Part shown: positions 51,082 through 62,072 of the stretch, in pieces
Layout of the letters: the number at the start of each line of letters is the position of its first letter
Numbering within the stretch: position 1 is the stretch's first letter
Assembly (NCBI GenBank): GCA_019057865.1
Contig: JAHLWP010000002.1
Coordinates: 1 to 64,000, forward strand
Length of the DNA: 64,000 nt
Source: Promethearchaeota archaeon
GTDB lineage: Archaea; Asgardarchaeota; Lokiarchaeia; Sigyniarchaeales; SOKP01
Reading direction: 5' to 3'
Translations under genes and position numbers: made by a program
The notes under the pieces: model-generated
The model's database searches: none
Told to the model about the DNA's origin: nothing
The model's input: the letters and a program-made list of their open reading frames with translations, nothing else

Positions 51082-51140
51082 TCTTAATAAATAAATTCTT
51101 TTTTTTTTTTAATTTTTAAACTATAATTTGGTGCATTTAT

Positions 51141-52085
51141 TTGTATGAAGTAAGAGAACTAAAATACTCACAGAGGAGTTATAAAAAAATTCTCACTAAT
51201 TTTAGGGATTCATTGATAAAATATTTTGTAAAAACCATAAAAGAAGAGTTAAAAGAAGCTGAGGATTGGTTTGACAGGATTGAGGGTATAATTAAATCTG
51301 AATCTGATGATTATCTATGTTATGAAATCAGAAGTGATGACGAGGTTATAGGCTTCATGACAACTAGCCTTATAAATAATAAGTTTTTTTTAATTAGACA
51401 TATTTTCATTCTGGATACTAATAATAAGGAAGAAGTTGCCTATATTTTGTTAAAAGAAGCTATTGAACGTTTAAAGCATAAATATAAGATTAATAAATTT
51501 AATAATGCTGCTTTTACTATTCCAGAGGAATTATTGTCCAATCCATTAAAAAGACTAGGTTTTAACATTTTAAAAAGACATTATATGAATTTTAGATTAA
51601 ATACGTTAGAAAAGAGATATAATTTGCCCTCCGAATATTCTTTCACTGATTTTAATAAAGAAAGTTTATTAAAATTAGCTGAACTTAGTGTTCAGGTATT
51701 TAAAAATCATCCTGATGCAAGTTTCTGGGAAGAAATAAATTCAATTTCTCTTTATTTAGAATACTTAGAAAAGAGCTTGACAACTTATTTTTTAAAAGAA
51801 TGCTCGTTTATTGTTAAAGATAAAGAAGGACAGATTACTGGATATTGTCTAGTGAAAAAAGGAGATGAGGAAGATGAAATATATATCCAAAATATTGCAG
51901 TTCAAAAAAAATATCAAGGAAATGGGATTGGAAAAGCGCTACTTTCAAAGGTATTAGAAGTTGCACGAAAACTAGGTTATAATAAAGCGATTCTAACAGT
52001 TACAGAAGGAATTTCTGCTCAAAAAATGTATGTGAAATTTGGATTTAGAAAATTTACCTCATTTTATATAATAACAGATACTTAG
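51141..52085 (+). CDS. Tandem GNAT acetyltransferase
   Basis: IAVQKKYQGNGIGKALL, AQKMY.KFGF. Confidence 0.85.
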   Translation: MYEVRELKYSQRSYKKILTNFRDSLIKYFVKTIKEELKEAEDWFDRIEGIIKSESDDYLCYEIRSDDEVIGFMTTSLINNKFFLIRHIFILDTNNKEEVAYILLKEAIERLKHKYKINKFNNAAFTIPEELLSNPLKRLGFNILKRHYMNFRLNTLEKRYNLPSEYSFTDFNKESLLKLAELSVQVFKNHPDASFWEEINSISLYLEYLEKSLTTYFLKECSFIVKDKEGQITGYCLVKKGDEEDEIYIQNIAVQKKYQGNGIGKALLSKVLEVARKLGYNKAILTVTEGISAQKMYVKFGFRKFTSFYIITDT

Positions 52086-52167
52086 AAATAGGATAAAAAA
52101 GAGTTAAAAACTTTTTTTTTGAATCTAAGTGATACTTTTTAAAATAAAAACCATTTCTTTTTATTAC

Positions 52168-53472
52168 ATGACCGAAATACTATTACCCGCAATAATATTG
52201 ATATTAATATTATTTGCAATTTTGATGGCCTTTTTTTCTCAACAAAAGTTTGATTATTTCCCTATTGCATTAATCATAGGAGCCATCGCAGTAGTTTCAA
52301 TGCTCACATTTACTGATGTTGAAGAGGAAGAAATTCTTGGATTTATTAATTTTAAGACTTTAATCTTCATATTTGCTATGCAGATAGTCATCTATTTTGC
52401 TATAGATGACCGAGTTTTGGAATATATCGCGATTAAATTGATTCATATAACGAAAGGGAATAATAGATTATTCTTCTATATGATTTGCCTGTTTACAGGC
52501 ATTTTAGTCGCCTTTATCGAGGATTTAACCCTCTCGTTGATATTAGTTCCATTGATTTATAGGACATGCCGATTTTTAAAGATATCTGCTGGTACATACA
52601 TGATGGGAATGACCATTACTATAAATATCGGTGCGATACTCACGCCTGTCTCGAGTTTAAAAAATTTAATAATCGGTGAGGAATTTGGTTGGGGTTTTAT
52701 TCAGTATTTTGCCAATATGGGTATTTTGTTTATAATCACGTTAATATCCACCATTTACTTGATGGATAGATTTATTTTGAAATATGAAGAAAAACCAACT
52801 GAAGAAAATAAGAAGATATTTTTATCAATGATTGACCCCGGGGTTGTGATCAGGAATAAGAATTACTTTTTAACGACAGTCTTAATTCTTATCGCCACAT
52901 TCGTGTTTATGATCTTAGGATTCGAACCTGCTCTTGTCGCTATCATATCTGCAGCTATCCTTCTTCTTACTCACTCTAAGAATTCGAATTTCTCAGATCT
53001 TAAAAACGATATCGAATGGAGAATTATCATTACTTTTGCGATTTTGTTCATACTTTCGAATTCTTTATCGAGATTTGGCTTTTCAGAGTTGATATCCACA
53101 GGTTTAGTAAACTTGGTAAACGATAACATTTTTCTAGCCGTATTGATAACATTAAGCATCTCTTCTCTCTTATCTGCATTTCTAGCTGGAACACCTGTTA
53201 CCATAATTCTTCTCCCGATTTTTTCGGTATTCATAGGAGAAGGTTTCTTTCCTAACCCGATCATCATTGCTTTCATAAGCGGTGTTAACATGGCAGGTAA
53301 TTTTTTACCACAAGGTTCTGCATGTGATCTTCTCACCCTTTCAATGGCAAAAAAATACAAAGTGGTGAATTTAGATTACATGCGTTTACTAAAAAATGGC
53401 GCGTTTTTCGCAACGATTCACTTCTTAATTATCTTGGGATATACAATGCTTTACACATTAATTTTAAGTTAA
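52168..53472 (+). CDS. ArsB/NhaD (SLC13-like) permease, paralog of 17898
   Basis: AFIED, NIGAILTP, NMAGNFLPQGSA. Confidence 0.8.
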   Translation: MTEILLPAIILILILFAILMAFFSQQKFDYFPIALIIGAIAVVSMLTFTDVEEEEILGFINFKTLIFIFAMQIVIYFAIDDRVLEYIAIKLIHITKGNNRLFFYMICLFTGILVAFIEDLTLSLILVPLIYRTCRFLKISAGTYMMGMTITINIGAILTPVSSLKNLIIGEEFGWGFIQYFANMGILFIITLISTIYLMDRFILKYEEKPTEENKKIFLSMIDPGVVIRNKNYFLTTVLILIATFVFMILGFEPALVAIISAAILLLTHSKNSNFSDLKNDIEWRIIITFAILFILSNSLSRFGFSELISTGLVNLVNDNIFLAVLITLSISSLLSAFLAGTPVTIILLPIFSVFIGEGFFPNPIIIAFISGVNMAGNFLPQGSACDLLTLSMAKKYKVVNLDYMRLLKNGAFFATIHFLIILGYTMLYTLILS

Positions 53473-53487
53473 GAGATTTATTATTTT

Positions 53488-53934
53488 TTATAATTCTAAA
53501 ACTTGAAGTCTTGAATATCCTTCTTTAATAAAATCATAGTCAAGAAGTTCAATTTTTTCAGGTATAATCTTTAATATAAGCTTTCTTTTTCCTCGGACTA
53601 TTTTTTGTGCTTTTTTGAATTCTTCATCTCCTTCCTTTAAAAATATCAGCCTTTCTTTCCCAGAAGCCGTAATCTGCATTCCTTGGATTTTTCCTTCAGA
53701 TAAGGGAGTATAGATACCAATACTAACAATTAGATTTTTTTCAATATTTTTAACTTTTCTTCCAGGCGCAGGTCCTACATATATATTAAAACTGTTTTTC
53801 TCTGTATAGAAATCCATAGGAGTTGCTCTTGGAATATTGTCACTACATGTACATAATACTAGCACTTTTCTTTTATCCAAAAATTCTCGGATTTCTTTTT
53901 TTAATTCTTCTTTAGACATTTTTTCCATATTCAT
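53488..53934 (-). CDS. Pyridoxamine 5'-phosphate oxidase-like FMN-binding protein
   Basis: VLCT..DNIPRATP, RKVKNIEKN..VS. Confidence 0.75.
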   Translation of the reverse strand: MNMEKMSKEELKKEIREFLDKRKVLVLCTCSDNIPRATPMDFYTEKNSFNIYVGPAPGRKVKNIEKNLIVSIGIYTPLSEGKIQGMQITASGKERLIFLKEGDEEFKKAQKIVRGKRKLILKIIPEKIELLDYDFIKEGYSRLQVLEL

Positions 53935-54010
53935 ATAAACAACACTTAGATTTTATTTAATTCTATTAATTATTGATGTTTGTAACAATAAGGTAAAAAA
54001 AAATTATAAG

Positions 54011-54418
54011 TTAATCGATTCTTAGAATTCCTGATACCAATTGAATCAATAATATTATGAACAACATATATCCTATATATCTATGGATCAATCTTATTTT
54101 TTTCCTTTTTTTAATAATTAAACTAGGAAGAATTTGCAGCAAAATTAAAATGAAAGCAGTCAATCCTGTCCAAAAATGAGGACCTTCCATTTCAAGTTCT
54201 ATTTCAGGTTCAAATCCTCCAGATGTGAAAAATCCTAAAAGAAATGATATAGTAACTAGTATTCCTGTAGTAATACTTAAAAATTTATGTGTTTTAAAGC
54301 TTGTTTTTGAAATTCTTGACTTTCCAAATCTCCCAGCAGTTTTTGCTCCAAATATTACAGTAATGAGACATAATATAAAAGAAGTAATTCCAAATGAAAC
54401 ATGTATAAAATTAACCAT
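54011..54418 (-). CDS. Cytochrome b561-like 4-TM membrane protein
   Basis: Four TM helices, each with a His (IHV, THK, PHF, IHR). Confidence 0.6.
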   Translation of the reverse strand: MVNFIHVSFGITSFILCLITVIFGAKTAGRFGKSRISKTSFKTHKFLSITTGILVTISFLLGFFTSGGFEPEIELEMEGPHFWTGLTAFILILLQILPSLIIKKRKKIRLIHRYIGYMLFIILLIQLVSGILRID

Positions 54419-54489
54419 ATATAAAGCTTTCTTTTAGAATTTTTAAAGATATTCTTTATGAAAAATAAATTTCGATCTTGAGAATAAAA

Positions 54490-55653
54490 CTAAATTCCTA
54501 CCACATTTATTGGTGAAGAGTCATTATCTGAATCTATAGCTGCTCTCACATAAGGAGAAACTGGTCCACTTGCCATAACCATAATTTTTATCTTTGAGCC
54601 TAAGGTTGCATCCATGCTTGTTCCGAATTTTAACTGGGCGCTCTTAGGGATTTCATTTGAAATAGTCGAAATGATTTTATCTACTTTATCTAAAGATAAA
54701 GTATGATCACCTGTAACTGATACTAAACATCTCTTAACTTGACTAGGGTCTGATTTTAAAAGGGGATTATTTAAAGCTAATTTTGACTTTTCAATTAAAT
54801 CTGATTCATCTCCTAACGATTCAGTTATTCCGATTAATCCAGAAGGATATTTTTCTTTCCGTTCAAAAACTCTTTTCACATCTGCGAAATCTATATTTAT
54901 TAACCCACAATTATTAATCAAGTTCACAACTTCACCGATATTTCTTATTAACACTTCATCCATTATTTTAAACCCTGTAATCATAGGGATCTTTCCTACA
55001 ATATGTAATAGATTATCGTTTGGGATTATAATTAATGTATCAGAATACTCTGCTAAATTTTTAAGACCAGAATTTGCTCTAATTAATCTTTGATCACCTT
55101 CAGATTTAAATGGAAGTGAGCAGAATGTAACAACTATACAATTATTTTTTTTTGCTTCTTGTGCAATAATAGGAGCTGCTCCTGTACCTGTCCCTCCACC
55201 TAAACCACAAGTTAGGAAGATAATATCAGCATTCAATGTTTTACGAATTCTTTCACGATCTTCTTCTGCAGCTTCAGCTCCAACAGAAGGATCATTTCCA
55301 GAACCTAGTCCATTACATCTTTCTTTTCCAATTAAAATTTTATGTTTTGCATTTGAATAATATAAATCGTGAGCATCAGTATTTATATTTAAAGTTTCAG
55401 CATCATTAATACCCATATCCTCTAATCGGGAAACAGTATTGTTTCCAGCCCCCCCAACACCAACAACCAAAGATTTAATTCTTAAAGCTTTTACTAAGTC
55501 CGAAAGAAACTTATCATCATCACAGGCATTATCTGGATTTGCATTTTGTTTATGATAATTTTTTATTTCATGAAATCTTGATCTTACAGATAAGCGATTT
55601 TGTGCTAAATCTGTTAAATCAAGTTGATCTTCATCTTCCAAATTCATCAACAT
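54490..55653 (-). CDS. ftsZ: FtsZ-family tubulin-like GTPase
   Basis: GVGGAGNN, NTDA, GLGGGTGTGAAP, NIDFADVK. Confidence 0.93.
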   Translation of the reverse strand: MLMNLEDEDQLDLTDLAQNRLSVRSRFHEIKNYHKQNANPDNACDDDKFLSDLVKALRIKSLVVGVGGAGNNTVSRLEDMGINDAETLNINTDAHDLYYSNAKHKILIGKERCNGLGSGNDPSVGAEAAEEDRERIRKTLNADIIFLTCGLGGGTGTGAAPIIAQEAKKNNCIVVTFCSLPFKSEGDQRLIRANSGLKNLAEYSDTLIIIPNDNLLHIVGKIPMITGFKIMDEVLIRNIGEVVNLINNCGLINIDFADVKRVFERKEKYPSGLIGITESLGDESDLIEKSKLALNNPLLKSDPSQVKRCLVSVTGDHTLSLDKVDKIISTISNEIPKSAQLKFGTSMDATLGSKIKIMVMASGPVSPYVRAAIDSDNDSSPINVVGI

Positions 55654-55930
55654 AAACCAAAGTTATTATAATACGAGAGAAATATTAGAATAATATATGA
55701 AAGTAATACTTACATAATATGATAAATAAACTCAAAAACTCTTATCAAATTACATTTTTACTATATCTTAACACAATATAATCGTTGAATTAATAAATCT
55801 GAAAAAATCTCTCTTAGTTTAACTGCTTATAATGAAATCTAATTGTTCGTGTGAAATAAATGATATACTTTAGTAGAAGAAAATTTATAAGTCTGAATTT
55901 TCATGAATATAGTGTTAAGGGTTTTAAAAT

Positions 55931-56173
55931 ATGGAAATTGAAAGATATTCTGAAAGTGATAAAAAAGCTGTAAGCAGCTCGGATCAGAAAGATGATATGA
56001 TCCAAGTTAGAGCTATTATCAGTTGCCCTACTTGTGATTATCGTAAAAAATTCAAAAATCAGTTTCCACGAAGTCAATTAGAACTTTTTGTAGTCTCCGC
56101 TAAAGTATTCGATTTTATGACTTGTTCTAGATGTGGAGATTTACTTAAATTAGATTTAGAGTTCAATGTTTAA
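55931..56173 (+). CDS. Small zinc-ribbon protein
   Basis: CPTC...CSRCG. Confidence 0.65.
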   Translation: MEIERYSESDKKAVSSSDQKDDMIQVRAIISCPTCDYRKKFKNQFPRSQLELFVVSAKVFDFMTCSRCGDLLKLDLEFNV

Positions 56174-56219
56174 TTATTAAAAATCCTTAACAGTTTTTTT
56201 TTGAAATTTGAACGCTGTT

Positions 56220-57530
56220 TTATAATTCAAGTTTTATTTGACCGTATGTACCTCCTCCTCCAGGAGTATACTCAATCTCATTACTTCTAAGTACTTTTAT
56301 TAGAGAAGCAATGTTTTTATCGAAATTATCAATTTTATTGATTGGGACATTAATTAAGATCTCAAATTCAGTACCAAGTTCATCAATTATTTTATTATAT
56401 TCATTTAAAACTGATTTACTTGTTGTACTTTTAATATTTTTAATGGAACGGATGATATCTATTAATGGAACAGCATTTATGTAATTAGGTCTATGATCTG
56501 GATGAATTGGTTTCTCATATGTCGAAATAACATCAATTCTTTCACTTACACCTAATTTTATTTTAAAATTTTTAGCTGCTTCTTCTTTACAGGCAGGACA
56601 AACCATCTTATTTTTTGCTACTTGACCAATATATTGATTTTTAGCTGCATGTGGATTATTTGTGAAAATTAGTATGAAATTTTCTGTAATTGAATATTGA
56701 TTAAATACATTCTGAACATCTTTTTTTGTTTTCCTAAATAGGATTCTCCTTCGACACTTATAACAAAACATATTATAGTATTTTCCAAGCTTAGGATGTA
56801 ACCCTACATTTAATATAATCCTTCTGTTTTCTTTTCGTTTAATTGCTAATAATATTTCTTCAAAAGAGGGATTATCAATATCAAATTTATTAAATTCTCT
56901 ACCTAAAGATCGAGGATCTTGTGAATGTGCATCGCTATTACTTAAAAATGTCACATTTTTTAAGCATTCTAACCTATCTGCGAGATCGGTATTAGCAGAT
57001 AATCCTAATTCTATAAAAAATATTTTTTTGTTTGCATCTTGATAACATTCTTTAAGAGTTTCAAATTTATTCTGCCGAAATATTGCTTTAAAAGGTGTAA
57101 AAGCATGTGCAGGACCAACTAAAGCCCCTTCTTCCGAAATAATATCAACCAATTCTGCTGGAGATAAATTAACTCTTGGGCGACCCCCCCATTGATCTAA
57201 AATGTTTTTTGAGTAAGGTGCTAACTTCTTTTGAACTTTTCTTACCATATCAAAACTTTCAAAAAAAACAACTTCATGCACACTCTCTTGATCTTCTATT
57301 TCAGTTTGAAGAATAAAATAAATATCCTTATAAGAATATGCACCATCGTTATTTTTTTCTAATTTTTGTTCCAAGTATTTTAGCCAATCTGGTTGTAATA
57401 CATCTCCTGTCCCCAAAATATTCAAACCTTTTTTTCTACAAGTTTCAACCATCGTATCTAAGCTTAAGGATTTTGAAACTCCAATAGAATGTGGAGAATG
57501 AATATGTAAATCAGCATTGTATATTTTCAT
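56220..57530 (-). CDS. Endonuclease Q (PHP domain + Zn finger)
   Basis: ADLHIHS, GTGD, PAHAFTP, ELGLSA, SNSDAHS, LGRE, LGKY, PGGGG.YG. Confidence 0.88.
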   Translation of the reverse strand: MKIYNADLHIHSPHSIGVSKSLSLDTMVETCRKKGLNILGTGDVLQPDWLKYLEQKLEKNNDGAYSYKDIYFILQTEIEDQESVHEVVFFESFDMVRKVQKKLAPYSKNILDQWGGRPRVNLSPAELVDIISEEGALVGPAHAFTPFKAIFRQNKFETLKECYQDANKKIFFIELGLSANTDLADRLECLKNVTFLSNSDAHSQDPRSLGREFNKFDIDNPSFEEILLAIKRKENRRIILNVGLHPKLGKYYNMFCYKCRRRILFRKTKKDVQNVFNQYSITENFILIFTNNPHAAKNQYIGQVAKNKMVCPACKEEAAKNFKIKLGVSERIDVISTYEKPIHPDHRPNYINAVPLIDIIRSIKNIKSTTSKSVLNEYNKIIDELGTEFEILINVPINKIDNFDKNIASLIKVLRSNEIEYTPGGGGTYGQIKLEL

Positions 57531-57551
57531 TGAAATATCTATGGTTTTTAA

Positions 57552-58601
57552 TTATTTTAAAATTATTATTTTATCATTAATCTGATCAGTTAATAATATC
57601 CGAAAATATTCTTCTTTATCTTGAAAATTAACTTTTTCTAGCTTTCCCTCAACTAAAACAGTTTCACCTTCTTTTGCATGCTCACAAAATCGACCTCTAA
57701 ATGAGTTTATTTCATAAATATCTTTAACATCAATCTTATTGGAAATAAGTGGACTATCTAATATCTTCAAACATTTGATTTTGTAAGAGCAAGGAGTAAA
57801 TATTGAATCTTTTGAATCTGTAATTTTTGCTTTTATTTTAAGCCTGCCATAATTCTTATACCTATAATCATAAAAGTTTCCCTTCCAATCTTCGGGACTT
57901 TTTATATATCTTATAAAAAAATCAATTCCATGAAATTTTCCTTGATGAAGCTTTCTTTTTTCACTTATCATGAAATCTTCAAAAGAGATATCAGATCCTC
58001 CAACTCTCCAATTATAATGAGTTCTAAATTTTTCTGAAGTATAAGTTCTACAATTCTTTGATTCATTTAATATCTTTTTTAGTCTTTCTTGGAATTTTAA
58101 GCTTGATTTTGTGCCATAAATTATTATATCAATATCAGAATTATCCTTATTTAATCCTATCATAGTAGAACCAGAAATTCCTATTGAATTTTCAGAAATT
58201 TCTCCTTTTGTAATGAAAAAGTCACATAACTCTTTTGATATTTTCTCATTATTATTCAAAGTTACTTTTTCTTTTAAAACTTTAAAGAATATTCTAGGTG
58301 TATAAATATGCTTAATTTCATCATTTCTTACTCCTTGTAGCTCTAAATCTAGCTCTTTAGAATAAAATAGATAATTAGGATACTTCTTTCTTAAAATTGA
58401 ATATCTTTCATTAATATTATAGACTTTTCTAAAATGTATACTATTTTTTATCCTATCTCCCTCAGGATGTGGATAAAATCTTAAAAAGCAGATTTTTCTG
58501 TCATTAGGATGGAGTAAGCCTTTAACATCAAAAAATAGATTACCTTTCTTGGTTTCTATATAATCTCCTTCAATTCCTTCAATAATTTCCATGAATTTCA
58601 C
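57552..58601 (-). CDS. Predicted nucleotidyltransferase (archaeal COG1665-like)
   Basis: F.VKG..HP, GISGS.......SDIDIIIYG, C-terminal OB-like VEGKLE. Confidence 0.78.
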   Translation of the reverse strand: MKFMEIIEGIEGDYIETKKGNLFFDVKGLLHPNDRKICFLRFYPHPEGDRIKNSIHFRKVYNINERYSILRKKYPNYLFYSKELDLELQGVRNDEIKHIYTPRIFFKVLKEKVTLNNNEKISKELCDFFITKGEISENSIGISGSTMIGLNKDNSDIDIIIYGTKSSLKFQERLKKILNESKNCRTYTSEKFRTHYNWRVGGSDISFEDFMISEKRKLHQGKFHGIDFFIRYIKSPEDWKGNFYDYRYKNYGRLKIKAKITDSKDSIFTPCSYKIKCLKILDSPLISNKIDVKDIYEINSFRGRFCEHAKEGETVLVEGKLEKVNFQDKEEYFRILLTDQINDKIIILK

Positions 58602-58612
58602 TATAAGATTAA

Positions 58613-59629
58613 TTAATATTTTGAAGGAGTCTTTGTTTTAATTTTGTATTTTGGGATACTTTTAGCCTTTCTTAATTCTTTTTCAAAATCTCTTTTTTCT
58701 CTTAGAAACCTCTCATTATCTCTTTCTAATTTTTCTCTTTCCCGTTTTATCGTATTTTTCTCATTATATATCATTGATTTTTCTTTTTCCAATTTTTTGT
58801 ACTCATTATTTAGTCTTCTAAGTTTTTCCTCTAAGTCAGGAATTTTGCGTGTTAATGAGTAATACTGATCTTCTGCACGAGGAACCTTTCTATTTAACTC
58901 TTTTAATCTTGCTTCTTGTTCCCGTTTTCTCCTTTCCAAAGCATTTCCATCCCTTTCTGCTTTATCTCTATATTTTTTCAGATCTACTTTTTTCTTATCA
59001 ATTTCACGAGCTCTTAAACTTAAATCTTTTTTTTTATAACGAGTTTTTTCTCTTTCTTCTTTTAATTTTTGTTTTTCATCAGAAATTCGATTTTTTTCAT
59101 CAGAAATCTCCCTCCTAAAGTTATCAATTTCCGTATTTAAATTATCTCTTTCTTTTGTTAGATGCTTAATTTCGTTCCTTAAATCCATTAATTTATTCTC
59201 TAAATCGTTAATAGTTCTCTCTAAAGCACTTTCTCTTCTTTCCATGCCAGGTATTTTAGTTTTTATTCGTTTAATCCTTTCCAGATCATCTCGGATTCTT
59301 TCTAATTCTCTTTCTCCCTCGTCCAAATGATGTTTTTTCTCATCAATATCATATTGTAGGTTAGTTATTTCATCTCGTAAATTCTCACGTTTATTAGTAA
59401 GATCTCTTACTTTCAATTCAGCTAGTTTTCTTTTCCTCTCAAGCTCCTCTAAGGTATTATTATACCCTTCTATTTCTTCAAGAACTTTCTGCCATTCACT
59501 TTTTTCTTTATTTAACTTTTTTCTCTCTTCTTTAATTTTATTCAACAATTTCCTATCTGGTATTAATTCCAAATATTCATCTGGTGTTTTTTCATGAATT
59601 TCATATTTAGGAGGTGTCTTATCTTTCAT
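58613..59629 (-). CDS. Coiled-coil protein with matching terminal motifs
   Basis: E/K/R heptads; PKYEIHEKTPDEY at the N-terminus and PKYKIKTKTPSKY at the C-terminus. Confidence 0.7.
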   Translation of the reverse strand: MKDKTPPKYEIHEKTPDEYLELIPDRKLLNKIKEERKKLNKEKSEWQKVLEEIEGYNNTLEELERKRKLAELKVRDLTNKRENLRDEITNLQYDIDEKKHHLDEGERELERIRDDLERIKRIKTKIPGMERRESALERTINDLENKLMDLRNEIKHLTKERDNLNTEIDNFRREISDEKNRISDEKQKLKEEREKTRYKKKDLSLRAREIDKKKVDLKKYRDKAERDGNALERRKREQEARLKELNRKVPRAEDQYYSLTRKIPDLEEKLRRLNNEYKKLEKEKSMIYNEKNTIKREREKLERDNERFLREKRDFEKELRKAKSIPKYKIKTKTPSKY

Positions 59630-59829
59630 ATATATTCATTTTTCTTAAAGTTATACTTATTAAATTTAAAATAGGTTGATTATTAAAGATAGTAGTTTAT
59701 TCTTATGAGATAATTTATTAAAATCTATTTATATAGTATAATTACTATTATTTATATAAAATCATTCCAAAATTATAGTAAAAAAAAAAAGATTATAAGT
59801 AAAAATCATAAGTTATTGGGTGTGAGTTA

Positions 59830-60195
59830 ATGGGATTTGATGAAGAATTTGATGAGGATTTAGATGAAGATTTAGAAGAACCTTCTGCAAAGACTCCTGC
59901 TGAAGATGTTAAATCTAAAACTCCTGTAGCCAAAGCTGTTCCTGCAGGAAAAAAGATTTCAGTGTATTTTATGTCAACTATAGGACCGGGTGAGAAAAAA
60001 CAAAAATTACTTGTAAATACAGGAAACAATGTTGGAGATATTAAAGAAACTGTAGCAAACTTATTTGGTTTAGATCCAGCTGATTTTCATTTATCTTCAG
60101 GTGGAGTTACCATGGATGAGAGTTTAACTTTAAATGATTATAACGTAGCTGATGGAGATGATATACTTTTAATTCCAGCAAGTACTGCTGGTTAA
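59830..60195 (+). CDS. Ubiquitin-like protein A with acidic N-terminal tail
   Basis: Beta-grasp pattern VGDIKETV...LSSGG..MDESLTLNDYNV.DGD.ILLIP; ends STAG. Confidence 0.85.
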   Translation: MGFDEEFDEDLDEDLEEPSAKTPAEDVKSKTPVAKAVPAGKKISVYFMSTIGPGEKKQKLLVNTGNNVGDIKETVANLFGLDPADFHLSSGGVTMDESLTLNDYNVADGDDILLIPASTAG

Positions 60196-60241
60196 ACATA
60201 ATGGAAAAAAATAAAGAGTTTTAAAATAAGAACCCCTTTTT

Positions 60242-61036
60242 TTAATTCTTTTCTTTTCTTGAGGGAATAAGAGCAATTTCATCATCATCTTCAATACTAT
60301 AATCTTTTATATGTGAGTTTTCATCTAATAATATGCCTCCAGAGGATAAAAGAAAATCTTTGAGATTGTAATCAAATAATATTCCGACTCTTTCTTTAAC
60401 TGTACTTATTAATTCGGTTGTATCGATTATAATTATATTTGTTTTTTCACCTGGCTTAACTAATGATCTTAGATAAACCCGGATCTGGTCTTCTATTTCA
60501 ATAGGATTCATAGGCGGTGTATATATTATCTCCCCATCAATTCTATCTCTGTTTTTTAACATATTTTTGATTAAAATTTTTCTCTCAGTTGCATCAAAAT
60601 ATAACATTTCCCTGATAAACATTATCTTATCCATTTTTGATAATCCTAAAAAGTTTATTTTATCTAATTCTTCCTGACTAAATACTGTAAAAATATATTT
60701 GTTAATTACCTCTATATTTTCATAGGATTTATCTGATTCAACATATACTTTTATTGAAGGCATGGTATTAATATAATCTGCAATAATATCAGCAATTTTC
60801 TTCTTAATCGCCTTTGGTTTTGCAACATATTTTTTTTCTCTTAATCTTTCATCCTGGGTACCTTTTGACTGTATAACTGTATAGATGGTACTAGTGGATA
60901 GTACTGCAACACTACCAATAGTTAGAAAGAGAAATAAAGGAGTACTTTCTATACGGAATAGGAAAAAAAGAATATAAATCAAAATAAAAAAAGAATAAAG
61001 AGTTATAACAATTAAAACGCTATATTTTTTCCTCAT
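60242..61036 (-). CDS. Two-TM membrane protein with C-terminal ubiquitin-like domain
   Basis: N-terminal TM pair; C-terminus PGEK...LLSSGGILLDENSHIKDYSIEDDDEIALIPS is homologous to Ubl A/B. Confidence 0.8.
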   Translation of the reverse strand: MRKKYSVLIVITLYSFFILIYILFFLFRIESTPLFLFLTIGSVAVLSTSTIYTVIQSKGTQDERLREKKYVAKPKAIKKKIADIIADYINTMPSIKVYVESDKSYENIEVINKYIFTVFSQEELDKINFLGLSKMDKIMFIREMLYFDATERKILIKNMLKNRDRIDGEIIYTPPMNPIEIEDQIRVYLRSLVKPGEKTNIIIIDTTELISTVKERVGILFDYNLKDFLLSSGGILLDENSHIKDYSIEDDDEIALIPSRKEKN

Positions 61037-61133
61037 AATCTTTTAATAAAGTTATTTTCTGAATCTCTAATATATAAGTTAAAATATAAATTCCATTGGA
61101 ATAAATTTGAAGTTTTTTTTATATTTATACACC

Positions 61134-61796
61134 TTAAATTGATTTTTTAATCTTAGAATATTTATCTGCGTCTAATTTGAATAAAATTCTATTTTTATCT
61201 TTTTCAATTTTTATTAACTTCAGATTTTTTAAAACATCTAAATATTTTTTAATAGTTTGGTGATTTTTTTTCAAGTTAATTGCTATTTCTGTAATTTTTA
61301 ATGCTTTATTTTCTTTCTTCATAAAATTAATTATTTTTTGAACGATATCTTTGTTTAAATAAAAATAAAGTTCGTCAAGTTCTGGATTTGAATCAAATTT
61401 GAAGAAAATTCTATGATTATTGATTTTTTTTGAACGAACAAATTGAAATTTTTCTAGACATGATAAATGCCATAAAACTTGATTACTTCCTATGTTTAGA
61501 GTTTTCATTATTTTATTAATATTTGAAGGATTCCTTTTAATGTAATTAAAGATTTCATTCCTTTTTGGATGATCAATAATATTATTTTTCATCAATCTAG
61601 TTCCAGGGATAATGATATGCCTTTTAATTAAATCCTTTAAGATTAACTCTATTCTATTCTCATTTATATTAGGATTGTATCTCACCCTATTATTTATAAA
61701 TGATATAACTTCTTTAATTGAGAAGAAAGTTTTTTTTGTTAAATACTCTCTTACTAATTCAAGAACAACAGATTCTGCACTATCCAGAATACTCAT
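61134..61796 (-). CDS. Multi winged-helix transcription regulator (ArsR-like)
   Basis: RNEIFNYIK.NP...WHL..LE; second HTH ITEIA..L.....TI..YL..L. Confidence 0.8.
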   Translation of the reverse strand: MSILDSAESVVLELVREYLTKKTFFSIKEVISFINNRVRYNPNINENRIELILKDLIKRHIIIPGTRLMKNNIIDHPKRNEIFNYIKRNPSNINKIMKTLNIGSNQVLWHLSCLEKFQFVRSKKINNHRIFFKFDSNPELDELYFYLNKDIVQKIINFMKKENKALKITEIAINLKKNHQTIKKYLDVLKNLKLIKIEKDKNRILFKLDADKYSKIKKSI

Positions 61797-62072
61797 AAGC
61801 CTATACTTTCACTACGTTAATATATCTGGTTTTTATATTATGTATTCTCTCTAGAACAATAATTTATACCTTATATATATTAATAGGCATTCATACAATT
61901 TATAATATAATTTCCTAAGAATCCTAATGAGGTTCTTTTTATTTTTGATACAACCTTGAAAAACTTCAAAATCATTCCAATGGGTTTTATAATATCTTTT
62001 TAATGCCATTTTATTAAGTTTAAAAAAATAAAAAATTACAAAATTAAAAAAAAAAATATGGATGTGATGTGA

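Noticed and set aside
56590-56770. Long insert in the EndoQ zinc finger as a hidden in-frame intron
   Set aside because: It is in frame and protein-like, and no BHB pairing was seen.
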